Positions 21,637-33,000 of a stretch of DNA of 64,000 bases are shown here, piece after piece. Source of the DNA: Nemertoderma westbladi (Eukaryota > Animalia > Xenacoelomorpha); contig JAUCBJ010001237.1 of NCBI GenBank assembly GCA_032718475.1, positions 1-64,000 on the forward strand, read 5' to 3'. A model generated the notes under the pieces. It was not told the DNA's origin, searched no databases, and was given only the letters and a program-made list of their open reading frames with translations. Both the position numbers and the translations under genes were made by a program. Numbering within the stretch: position 1 is the first letter of the stretch; every line of letters begins with the position of its first letter.

Positions 21637-23349
21637 TTAGTTTATATCCACAGCATCTAGCTTTATCTTTTTCTGTTCTAATGGAGGATAGTGAGCTAAT
21701 TTTCGTTTTACAATTTCCATCGAATATCTTTTAGAGATGTTGGGGGAATCATTAGGGTGAAATAGATTGAGGTGGATCTGCTTGGGGAGGAAAACTGCGT
21801 CTTTTAGTGTGCGTTTGAGAAAGTTGATGCAACACTCAACAGCATAGTTTGAAGGTAGGGTTAATTTGTTTGTTGTCTTCAGGTTGACAATAATTGTTTC
21901 TGATGGTGTATGTTGAATGTGTATAAGGGGGGTGAGGTAGTAATGGGAGGAAGTGGATTGTTGAATGGGATGAAAGTTGGAGAAATCACTCGCTTTTATA
22001 TTTAAACCATCGGTAAACTGAAACGTGGTTGATTTCAAATCTTTTTTGATGACGGGCCATATGCCAACATAAGCTTCGCCTTTGAATGAATAAATGAAAG
22101 CCGCTACTGATTCGTATAAATTAAGACACTGGTGATTAGGTAGTTGTAGTTGCTTTGGTTCATAATCACTATTGTTGGCCAATGACTTTAGTTCAGAGAG
22201 TGCTTCTCGGGCGCGATCTGTATTGTCAATAGAGAACATGTAGTCATAGCGTCTGTCAGAAATTTCGAGGGTTTCGCAGTTGTAAGCGGTATAAATTTTT
22301 ATTCGATCTGAAATTAATTCTTCGTGGTTGACTTCATCGTAGCATTCGTATCCTTCGACCGCAGAATCGAACCATGAAATTTTAAGAAGTTCATTTCTCG
22401 TGAGTAAAAGTGCATCTCTTGTGGAAACAATAACTTTGTTTGAATCAACCTCAACGCCGCTCGCGAATGCAATGTTTCTTTTATTATTAATATTTGTGAT
22501 ATAACCAAAAGTAGAACTATCGAAAGAAACATAGTTCTCTGGCTCTAAGACAATGTGCGAGATTGGATTGATGTAAGGACGACAAATGTTTATATAATGT
22601 TGTAGTAAAGCAGCCGCAGTGTCTGAAATGGTTAACCAACCCCCATCTACTGTATCTTCTAGTTGTATTAAATCAATAGGTTTTAGTGGGGATGTTTTCG
22701 AATAACGAACAACTTTAAAATTAAAACCAAAATAATGTGCTTTGCTGTTGTTGTAGAAACAGGTTATTTCATTCAATTGTTCAATAAAAGTTAGTACATC
22801 ATATCCAAACAGTTTGAAGAAACGAGATTCATCTTTGAGGGGATGAATCGAGGCGTTCCAAATAATTAAAAGAATTGAGTTTGAAATATTATGAAAATCA
22901 AACAGACACTCATCAACAAAAAAGGAAGCTTTGAGTGTTGACAAACCAAGGAGCTTGTTTGCAGATTCTTGTGTTACATTGCTGTGGATATATTCAACAA
23001 CCGGTTGAGGTATTACAAATGTTTCTAACGAGGTTGTCAGATTGAACGTTATATTCGATTCTGATTTGTGCAGTTTGAAACCATGGTTTGCGGAATGAAA
23101 TTTGTCATTATTTAGAGTTTGATATTGTCCATCCTTCAACTCAAAGCAGGATCGTAGAATGAAATGTGCATAATTTGCTGGAATGAGTTGGGGTTGGTTA
23201 GATGAAGTGGTAACCGTCATTGGAAAGCGTTTGTTCGAAGGATCAAAATATAAACCGAAAGAGTTGTCTGAGAGAGATATTTGATTTTCGTTGGAAACAA
23301 TTTTTACTTGAGGGAAGTTGAACTTTTGAAGAAGTTGAGCTTGAGCCAT
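21637..23349 (-). CDS. 570-aa accessory protein with a PC4/Sub1-like segment and basic C-terminus
   Basis: Long intact ORF whose ATG straddles the right TIR boundary. AFIYSFKGEAYVGIW…GLNIKASDF resembles the PC4 motif. ORF is solid; domain call is tentative. Confidence 0.7.
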   Translation of the reverse strand: MAQAQLLQKFNFPQVKIVSNENQISLSDNSFGLYFDPSNKRFPMTVTTSSNQPQLIPANYAHFILRSCFELKDGQYQTLNNDKFHSANHGFKLHKSESNITFNLTTSLETFVIPQPVVEYIHSNVTQESANKLLGLSTLKASFFVDECLFDFHNISNSILLIIWNASIHPLKDESRFFKLFGYDVLTFIEQLNEITCFYNNSKAHYFGFNFKVVRYSKTSPLKPIDLIQLEDTVDGGWLTISDTAAALLQHYINICRPYINPISHIVLEPENYVSFDSSTFGYITNINNKRNIAFASGVEVDSNKVIVSTRDALLLTRNELLKISWFDSAVEGYECYDEVNHEELISDRIKIYTAYNCETLEISDRRYDYMFSIDNTDRAREALSELKSLANNSDYEPKQLQLPNHQCLNLYESVAAFIYSFKGEAYVGIWPVIKKDLKSTTFQFTDGLNIKASDFSNFHPIQQSTSSHYYLTPLIHIQHTPSETIIVNLKTTNKLTLPSNYAVECCINFLKRTLKDAVFLPKQIHLNLFHPNDSPNISKRYSMEIVKRKLAHYPPLEQKKIKLDAVDIN

Positions 23350-24418
23350 CTTGAAGAAAATATAATATTATGAATAACAATAAATGTATTATAACTTTAA
23401 ATAAAAAGTAAAATTGTCAATAATATTTTTGTAAGTAAAGTTCGAAGCGATGGGTGGGGGTTTATAAGGGAAAGGCTGACCAATGAAAATAAAAGTGAAG
23501 CTTGTGGGAACCAATAGAAATAAAAAGAGAGAGAGAGAGACGCGCTATTGGATTGAGGGAATAATAAACACATTTCATTGGGTTAATTAAATGTAAAACA
23601 TTAGTTACGAAGGGAAATGGGATGAATTGAGAAGCGGGGGAGTGCAACGGAGAAAAGTGTGTGTAATGAATGGGTTGCTGCGTCAGACTGGGTATGTTAA
23701 TTAATGTTACGCTAGAGCAACTGAAATTACTTCAAACAAAAAAACTGCAGTATCCACTGTAGTAAAGAGATGGTTTGGGAATTAATTTGACATGTGGTGT
23801 TTTGGGTAGGGCTTTGTTGTAGGGCTAATATGCACGTGGACTGCTTCATAAAGTACAATGCGAAAGAATGCAAACTAATGCCATACCAGATGTTTATTCT
23901 AATTTCTTGGATGAATTGATATAATAACGAAGCTGTGGGTATGAATAATTTAAGCTCTATCGCATGCCCCATTCACGCATTGATGATTGGGTTAGTCATG
24001 CTATACGGTTAATAAGAGCCCGAGCAGCCATAGATTATTGAGGGATGACTCGGGACCAAACTGGGGCCACTTTATTTTGGTGAAAGGGTATATTTATGTT
24101 TTGGGCCTCGATTGCGTCTTTATATTTAATTCTATCATTTTATTGTATGGCAAAAATAATACAAATGTATTGTATATTGTATTGTATATTTCATTTGTTG
24201 TAGTACAATTTATTCATCTCGCGCCCCCTATCTGATTGATTTGTATCAAATTAAATTGCCTTTGGCAACATTATTTGATACGAATCGATTGATTAAACAA
24301 TTAATTAATTGTTTAATCGACCAATTAATTAATTGATTAATTAATTAATGACCTACTTAACACCCAAGGTGTGAAGTAGGACTAAACTGTCGCAGAAGTA
24401 GGGTAAACTATTACTACT
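23348..24418 (-). repeat. Right terminal inverted repeat (1071 bp)
   Basis: Reverse complement of 8533-9605. Confidence 0.97.
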
Positions 24419-24424
24419 TTTACC

Positions 24425-26384
24425 TAAGAAACCATGGCTTACGGCATCACTTCTGACTGCTATTAAACGGAAAGGCTATTTATACACAAAATCTGTTTCA
24501 AACCCATCTGAGTATAATCTTACGGCATATAAAAAATATAGGAACTTGCTTACTTCACTTCTCCGTGCAGCTGAAAAACAATATTATTCAAAAGAATTCG
24601 AGAAAAATAAGTCGAGTATAAAAAAAACCTGGCGTACTATAAACTCTGTTCTTCATCGCGGGAAAAATCTCTCACATCCCAAAAAACTAGTCTCCATTGA
24701 TCATAAAGTAACTCTTACAGATCCTAACGACATAGTAAACGAATTCAATAACTTTTTCACCACCATCGGTCCGTCTTTGGCCGCTGCTGTACCTAGTTCC
24801 ACACGCTGTCCCACTGGTCATATCAGTTATAAGAAATCGAATTCATTTGGACTAACTGAGACATCCCCGGTCGAGGTTCAATATAACATTTTACATCTCA
24901 AAGAAGATTCTGCCTCTAATGATAATTTTCCTATCAAATTACTTAAATTTGGCGCATATCCCCTATCATTACATTTGGCCACTCTAATAAATCTTAGTTT
25001 TACCCAGGGCTTTTATCCCAGTCTACTTAAGGTTGCAAAGGTGATTCCCGTATATGAGGGCGATTGTCCTCTGAACCCATCTAACTATAGGCCGATCTCA
25101 TTGCTTTCTGTTTTCAATAAACTATACGAAAAACTGATTAATGATCAAATTGTTTCTTACCTTGAACGTTACTCAGTCATCTGTCCAAATCAATTCGGGT
25201 TTAGGAAAAAATTCACGACAACTTTTGCTGTTCTTAATATTGTAGAAAATATTCGTACCGCCTTAGATAATAAAGAATCCACTTCAGTTGTATATATAGA
25301 CCTAAAGAAAGCTTTCGACTCTTTGGACATAGGAATTCTTCTGAAGAAACTTTGCTCGTACGGTATCCGCGGGACTCCTCACTCTCTACTTACAGATTAC
25401 CTATCTGAACGTTCCCAGTTTGTTTCCATAGCCAATATCCACTCTTCCATCAAACCGGTCACCTGTGGAGTTCCCCAAGGATCTATTTTAGGACCACTTC
25501 TATTCCTCCTATATATCAACGACCTACCAAATTCCAGTAAACTTCGAACCACTTTATTCGCTGATGATACCAGCCTTAGCCATACAACAGCATCGGTTAG
25601 CGATATGTTTCTATCGGTTAACTCAAATCTGACAAGTGTATCTAAGTGGATAAATGATAATAAATTAACAATAAACCTCAAAAAAACAGAATATACAATC
25701 TTTTCCAATCTCCACGGCAACTTCAGACAGTTAAACCCAATTCATATTGATGGCAAACAAATTAAACAAGTTTCAGTTTCCAAGTACTTAGGCCTACACA
25801 TAGACAGTAAACTAACATTTCGCCAACATGTCCAGTATGTTCTCAATAAAATATCTAAATCCGGTGGCATTTTTTTCAGACTAAGACATTTACTCCCCCT
25901 CCAAATAATGCGTACCCTATTCTTTTCTCTTATCTATCCTTACATAAACTACGGGTTAGTTGTATGGGGGGGTACATACACTTCGATCTTAAAACCTTTA
26001 CGAATTAAAATTAATAAAATAGTTAGGTGCTTATCTTTCAGCCACCGCCGATCATCTTCAATTCCTATCTACCGTAAGCTACAAATCTTACCCCTTGAAG
26101 CTTTATATAAGCACCAGATCTGTAATCTAATGTACGATATATCCCGTAACCCTAAACACCCACTGGCATATTTATTTCGTAAAACTGCTTCTATCCATTC
26201 ATATAATACTCGCTCTTCTAAATCTGGCCATTTTAATCTCCCTTCAGTCCGTCTTGAAGTTGCCCACCAATCTGTTGCTTTTCAAGGTCCCCTACTATGG
26301 AATTCACTGTCTGATGACCTTCGAAATATTGTTGTTAAATCAATCTTTGCCAAACAACTAAAAAGGCATTTACTTGATCTATAA
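24425..26384 (+). pseudogene. LINE ORF, 3' half: reverse transcriptase and C-terminal domain
   Basis: NYRPISLL, QFGFR, DLKKAFD, GVPQGSILGP, FADD, KYLG. Confidence 0.95.
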
Positions 26385-26670
26385 TCGGTTACCATCATCC
26401 ACTATGTCTTATTGGTCACAATTAACCACTCAGTCAAATTGATTACAATTATCGACTATGACACATCGGTAAATATTTATCCACTCTGATTCATCCATCC
26501 ACTCTGTCTCATCGGTCGCATTTATCTACCTTGAAATATTGGTCACAATTTTTCCACTCTTACTCATCGGTTTCAATTATCCAGTCTGTCACATCTTTTA
26601 GAATTATACCCTCTGCGTATCATCGGTTACAGTTATCCACTTTGACATATCGACCTCAATTATCAACTCT
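26385..26670 (+). repeat. Degenerate ~27-bp tandem repeat in the LINE 3' UTR
   Basis: Recurrent TATCCACTCTG…CATCGGT.ACAAT-like units. Confidence 0.7.
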
Positions 26671-27086
26671 GAAACTTATATTACTATCCTACTCATTACT
26701 CTAGAATGCCACCGTTTTTTCTCACTCCCCTCAATTTCACAGTCTGCAGTCTGGTCAGTGAGAAGGTCCTCGCGGGAGTACTCTGGGTTGGCTTCCCACA
26801 GTTATCATTCTCAGGTGTATAAGATGGTTACCCAATTCTTTGGTGTCATACCGCCAATCCACCCCCCCCCCCCCCCCCCTCGCAAATCAACTTGTTAGTA
26901 AAAGGTTACCCAGGCACAGCACTAGCTTTGCTATTGTGTCTAAGTAATCTCCTAAAATTGTAGGCACCAGTCAATGGCGATTGATAAACAATGACGTTTA
27001 GTAATTATATTACTATTCCATACAATTTTTGGTGCGGTGCATCTGTATTGTTTGTGAGGTATCTTGAAATTATATACTGAAACATC

Positions 27087-30000
27087 CTCGCGTCCCTTTA
27101 CCCTATCGATAGACTTACATTCTCTCGCGTCCCTTTACCCTATCGATAGACTTACATTCTCTCGCGTCCCTTTACCCTATCGATAGACTTACATTCTCTC
27201 GCGTCCCTTTGCCCTATCGATAGACTTACATTCTCTCGCGTCCCTTTACCCTATCGATAGACTTACATTCTCTCGCGTCCCTTTCCCTATCAATAGACTT
27301 ACATTCTCTCGCGTCCCTTTCCCTATCGATAGACTTACATTCTCTCGCGTCCCTTTCCCTATCGATAGACTTACATTTTCTCGCGTCCCTTACCCTATCG
27401 ATAGACTTACATTCTCTCGCGTCCCTTTGCCCTATCCATAGACTTACATTCTCTCGCGTCCCTTTCCCTATCAATAGACTTACATTCTCTCGCGTCCCTT
27501 TCCCTATCGATAGACTTACATTCTCTCGCGTCCCTTTCCCTATCGATAGACTTACATTCTCTCGCGTCCCTTACCCTATCGATAGACTTACATTCTCTCG
27601 CGTCCCTTTGCCCTATCCATAGACTTACATTCTCTCGCGTCCCTTTCCCTATCGATAGACTTACATTCTCTCGCTTCCCTTTCCCTATCATAGACTTACA
27701 TTCTCTCGCGTCCCTTACCCTATCGATAGACTTACATTCTCTCGCGTCCCTTTCCCTATCAATAGACTTACATTTTCTCGCGTCCCTTACCCTATCGATA
27801 GACTTACATTCTCTCGCGTCCCTTTCCCTATCAATAGACTTACATTTTCTCGCGTCCCTTACCCTATCGATAGACTTACATTCTCTCGCGTCCCTTTGCC
27901 CTATCGATAGACTTACATTCTCTCGCGTCCCTTTACCCTATCGATAGACTTACATTCTCTCGCGTCCCTTTGCCCTATCGATAGACTTACATTCTCTCGC
28001 GTCCCTTTCCCTATCAATAGACTTACATTCTCTCGCGTCCCTTTCCCTATCGATAGACTTACATTCTCTCGCGTCCCTTTCCCTATCGATAGACTTACAT
28101 TCTCTCGCGTCCCTTTCCCTATCGATAGACTTACATTCTCTCGCGTCCCTTTCCCTATCGATAGACTTACATTCTCTCGCGTCCCTTTGCCCTATCGATA
28201 GACTTACATTCTCTCGCGTCCCTTTACCCTATCGATAGACTTACATTCTCTCGCGTCCCTTTGCCCTATCCATAGACTTACATTCTCTCGCGTCCCTTTC
28301 CCTATCATAACTTACATTCTCTCGCGTCCCTTTCCCTATCGATAGACTTACATTCTCTCGCGTCCCTTTCCCTATCAATAGACTTACATTTTCTCGCGTC
28401 CCTTACCCTATCGATAGACTTACATTCTCTCGCGTCCCTTTCCCTATCGATAGACTTACATTCTCTCGCGTCCCTTTCCCTATCGATAGACTTACATTCT
28501 ATCGCGTCCCTTTCCCTATCAATAGACTTACATTTTCTCGCGTCCCTTACCCTATCGATAGACTTACATTCTCTCGCGTCCCTTTACCCTATCGATAGAC
28601 TTACATTCTCTCGCGTCCCTTTCCCTATCAATAGACTTACATTCTCTCGCGTCCCTTTCCCTATCGATAGACTTACATTCTATCGCGTCCCTTTACCTAT
28701 CAATAGACTTACATTTTCTCGCGTCCCTTACCCTATCGATAGACTTACATTCTCTCGCGTCCCTTTCCCTATCGATAGACTTACATTCTCTCGCGTCCCT
28801 TTACCCTATCGATAGACTTACATTCTCTCGCGTCCCTTTCCCTATCGATAGACTTACATTCTCTCGCGTCCCTTTGCCCTATCCATAGACTTACATTCTC
28901 TCGCGTCCCTTTCCCTATCGATAGACTTACATTCTCTCGCGTCCCTTTCCCTATCAATAGACTTACATTCTCTCGCGTCCCTTTCCCTATCGATAGACTT
29001 ACATTCTATCGCGTCCCTTTACCCTATCAATAGACTTACATTTTCTCGCGTCCCTTACCCTATCGATAGACTTACATTCTCTCGCGTCCCTTTCCCTATC
29101 GATAGACTTACATTTTCTCGCGTCCCTTTCCCTATCGATAGACTTACATTCTCTCGCGTCCCTTTCCCTATCGATAGACTTACATTCTCTCGCGTCCCTT
29201 TGCCCTATCGATAGACTTACATTCTCTCGCGTCCCTTTCCCTATCGATAGACTTACATTCTCTCGCGTCCCTTACCCTATCGATAGACTTACATTCTCTC
29301 GCGTCCCTTTGCCCTATCGATAGACTTACATTCTCTCGCGTCCCTTTACCCTATCGATAGACTTACATTCTCTCGCGTCCCTTTCCCTATCGATAGACTT
29401 ACATTCTCTCGCGTCCCTTTGCCCTATCGATAGACTTACATTCTCTCGCGTCCCTTTGCCCTATCGATAGACTTACATTCTCTCGCGTCCCTTACCCTAT
29501 CGATAGACTTACATTCTATCGCGTCCCTTTACCCTATCGATAGACTTACATTCTCTCGCGTCCCTTTACCCTATCAATAGACTTACATTCTCTCGCGTCC
29601 CTTTCCCTATCGATAGACTTACATTCTCTCGCGTCCCTTTACCCTATCGATAGACTTACATTCTCTCGCATCCCTTTGCCCTATCGATAGACTTACATTC
29701 TCTCGCGTCCCTTTGCCCTATCGATAGACTTACATTCTCTCGCGTCCCTTTGCCCTATCCATAGACTTACATTCTCTCGCGTCCCTTTCCCTATCGATAG
29801 ACTTACATTCTCTCGCGTCCCTTTCCCTATCGATAGACTTACATTCTCTCGCGTCCCTTTACCCTATCGATAGACTTACATTCTCTCGCGTCCCTTTGCC
29901 CTATCGATAGACTTACATTCTCTCGCGTCCCTTTCCCTATCAATAGACTTACATTCTCTCGCGTCCCTTACCCTATCGATAGACTTACATTCTATTGCGT

Positions 30001-33000
30001 CCCTTTACCCTATCGATAGACTTACATTCTCTCGCGTCCCTTTACCCTATCGATAGACTTACATTTTCTCGCGTCCCTTTCCCTATCGATAGACTTACAT
30101 TCTCTCGCGTCCCTTTGCCCTATCGATAGACTTACATTCTCTCGCGTCCCTTTGCCCTATCGATAGACTTACATTCTCTCGCGTCCCTTTCCCTATCGAT
30201 AGACTTACATTCTCTCGCGTCCCTTTCCCTATCGATAGACTTACATTCTCTCGCGTCCCTTTACCCTATCCATAGACTTACATTCTCTCGCGTCCCTTTG
30301 CCCTATCGATAGACTTACATTCTCTCGCGTCCCTTTACCCTATCGATAGACTTACATTCTCTCGCGTCCCTTTGCCCTATCGATAGACTTACATTCTCTC
30401 GCGTCCCTTTCCCTATCGATAGACTTACATTCTCTCGCGTCCCTTTGCCCTATCGATAGACTTACATTCTCTCGCGTCCCTTTGCCCTATCGATAGACTT
30501 ACATTCTCTCGCGTCCCTTTCCCTATCTATAAACTTACATTCTCTCGCGTCCCTTTCCCTATCGATAGACTTACATTCTCTCGCGTCCCTTTCCCTATCA
30601 ATAGACTTACATTTTCTCGCGTCCCTTACCCTATCGATAGACTTACATTCTCTCGCGTCCCTTTCCCTATCGATAGACTTACATTCTCTCGCGTCCCTTT
30701 ACCCTATCGATAGACTTACATTCTCTCGCGTCCCTTTCCCTATCGATAGACTTACATTCTCTCGCGTCCCTTTACCCTATCGATAGACTTACATTCTCTC
30801 GCGTCCCTTTGCCCTATCGATAGACTTACATTCTCTCGCGTCCCTTTACCCTATCGATAGACTTACATTCTCTCGCGTCCCTTTGCCCTATCGATAGACT
30901 TACATTCTCTCGCGTCCCTTTCCCTATCGATAAACTTACATTCTCTCGCGTCCCTTTCCCTATCATAGACTTACATTCTCTCGCGTCCCTTTCCCTATCG
31001 ATAGACTTACATTCTATCGCGTCCCTTTACCTATCAATAGACTTACATTTTCTCGCGTCCCTTACCCTATCGATAGACTTACATTCTCTCGCGTCCCTTT
31101 CCCTATCTATAGACTTACATTCTCTCGCGTCCCTTTACCCTATCGATAGACTTACATTCTCTCGCGTCCCTTTGCCCTATCGATAGACTTACATTCTCTC
31201 GCGTCCCTTTACCCTATCGATAGACTTACATTCTCTCGCGTCCCTTTGCCCTATCGATAGACTTACATTCTCTCGCGTCCCTTTGCCCTATCGATAGACT
31301 TACATTCTCTCGCGTCCCTTTGCCCTATCGATAGACTTACATTCTCTCGCGTCCCTTTCCCTATCGATAGACTTACATTCTCTCGCGTCCCTTTCCCTAT
31401 CGATAGACTTACATTCTCTCGCGTCCCTTTCCCTATCGATAGACTTACATTCTCTCGCGTCCCTTTACCCTATCGATAGACTTACATTCTCTCGCGTCCC
31501 TTTACCCTATCGATAGACTTACATTCTCTCGCGTCCCTTTGCCCTATCGATAGACTTACATTCTCTCGCGTCCCTTTCCCTATCAATAGACTTACATTTT
31601 CTCGCGTCCCTTACCCTATCGATAGACTTACATTCTATCGCGTCCCTTTACCCTATCGATAGACTTACATTCTCTCGCGTCCCTTTACCTATCAATAGAC
31701 TTACATTTTCTCGCGTCCCTTACCCTATCGATAGACTTACATTCTCTCGCGTCCCTTTCCCTATCAATAGACTTACATTTTCTCGCGTCCCTTACCCTAT
31801 CGATAGACTTACATTCTCTCGCGTCCCTTTGCCCTATCGATAGACTTACATTCTCTCGCGTCCCTTTCCCTATCCATAGACTTACATTCTCTCGCGTCCC
31901 TTTCCCTATCGATAGACTTACATTCTCTCGCGTCCCTTTCCCTATCGATAGACTTACATTCTCTCGCGTCCCTTTCCCTATCGATAGACTTACATTCTCT
32001 CGCGTCCCTTTCCCTATCGATAGACTTACATTCTCTCGCGTCCCTTTACCTATCAATAGACTTACATTTTCTCGCGTCCCTTACCCTATCGATAGACTTA
32101 CATTCTCTCGCGTCCCTTTGCCCTATCCATAGACTTACATTCTCTCGCGTCCCTTTGCCCTATCCATAGACTTACATTCTCTCGCGTCCCTTTCCCTATC
32201 TATAGACTTACATTCTCTCGCGTCCCTTTACCCTATCGATAGACTTACATTCTCTCGCGTCCCTTTCCCTATCGATAGACTTACATTCTCTCGCGTCCCT
32301 TTCCCTATCAATAGACTTACATTCTCTCGCGTCCCTTACCCTATCGATAGACTTACATTCTATCGCGTCCCTTTACCCTATCGATAGACTTACATTCTCT
32401 CGCGTCCCTTTGCCCAATCGATAGACTTACATTCTCTCGCGTCCCTTTCCCTATCGATAGACTTACATTCTCTCGCGTCCCTTTGCCCTATCCATAGACT
32501 TACATTCTCTCGCGTCCCTTTCCCTATCGATAGACTTACATTCTATCGCGTCCCTTTGCCCTATCCATAGACTTACATTCTCTCGCGTCCCTTTCCCTAT
32601 CGATAGACTTACATTCTCTCGCGTCCCTTTCCCTATCAATAGACTTACATTCTCTCGCGTCCCTTTCCCTATCGATAGACTTACATTCTATCGCGTCCCT
32701 TTACCTATCAATAGACTTACATTTTCTCGCGTCCCTTACCCTATCGATAGACTTACATTCTCTCGCATCCCTTTGCCCTATCGATAGACTTACATTCTCT
32801 CGCGTCCCTTTACCCTATCGATAGACTTACATTCTCTCGCGTCCCTTTGCCCTATCGATAGACTTACATTCTCTCGCGTCCCTTTACCCTATCGATAGAC
32901 TTACATTCTCTCGCGTCCCTTTGCCCTATCGATAGACTTACATTCTCTCGCGTCCCTTTACCCTATCGATAGACTTACATTCTCTCGCGTCCCTTTGCCC

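Larger units (their letters stand above)
8533..24418 (+). mobile_element. Polinton/Maverick (adintovirus-type endogenous DNA virus), 15,886 bp
   Basis: AGTAGT…ACTACT termini; TSD TTTACC at 8527-8532 and 24419-24424; ~1.07-kb TIRs; pPolB, ATPase, integrase, capsid and protease genes. Confidence 0.98.
7160..26700 (+). mobile_element. CR1-group LINE (PHD finger + APE endonuclease + RT), interrupted by a Polinton
   Basis: The two ORF halves join in frame once 8533-24424 is removed (…KKDLP|KKPWLTASLL…). Outer boundaries are approximate. Confidence 0.9.

Noticed and set aside
26311-26335. CTGATGA…GAAA as a second hammerhead
   Set aside because: Only 5 nt separate the core motifs, so stem II cannot form, and it lies in LINE coding sequence.
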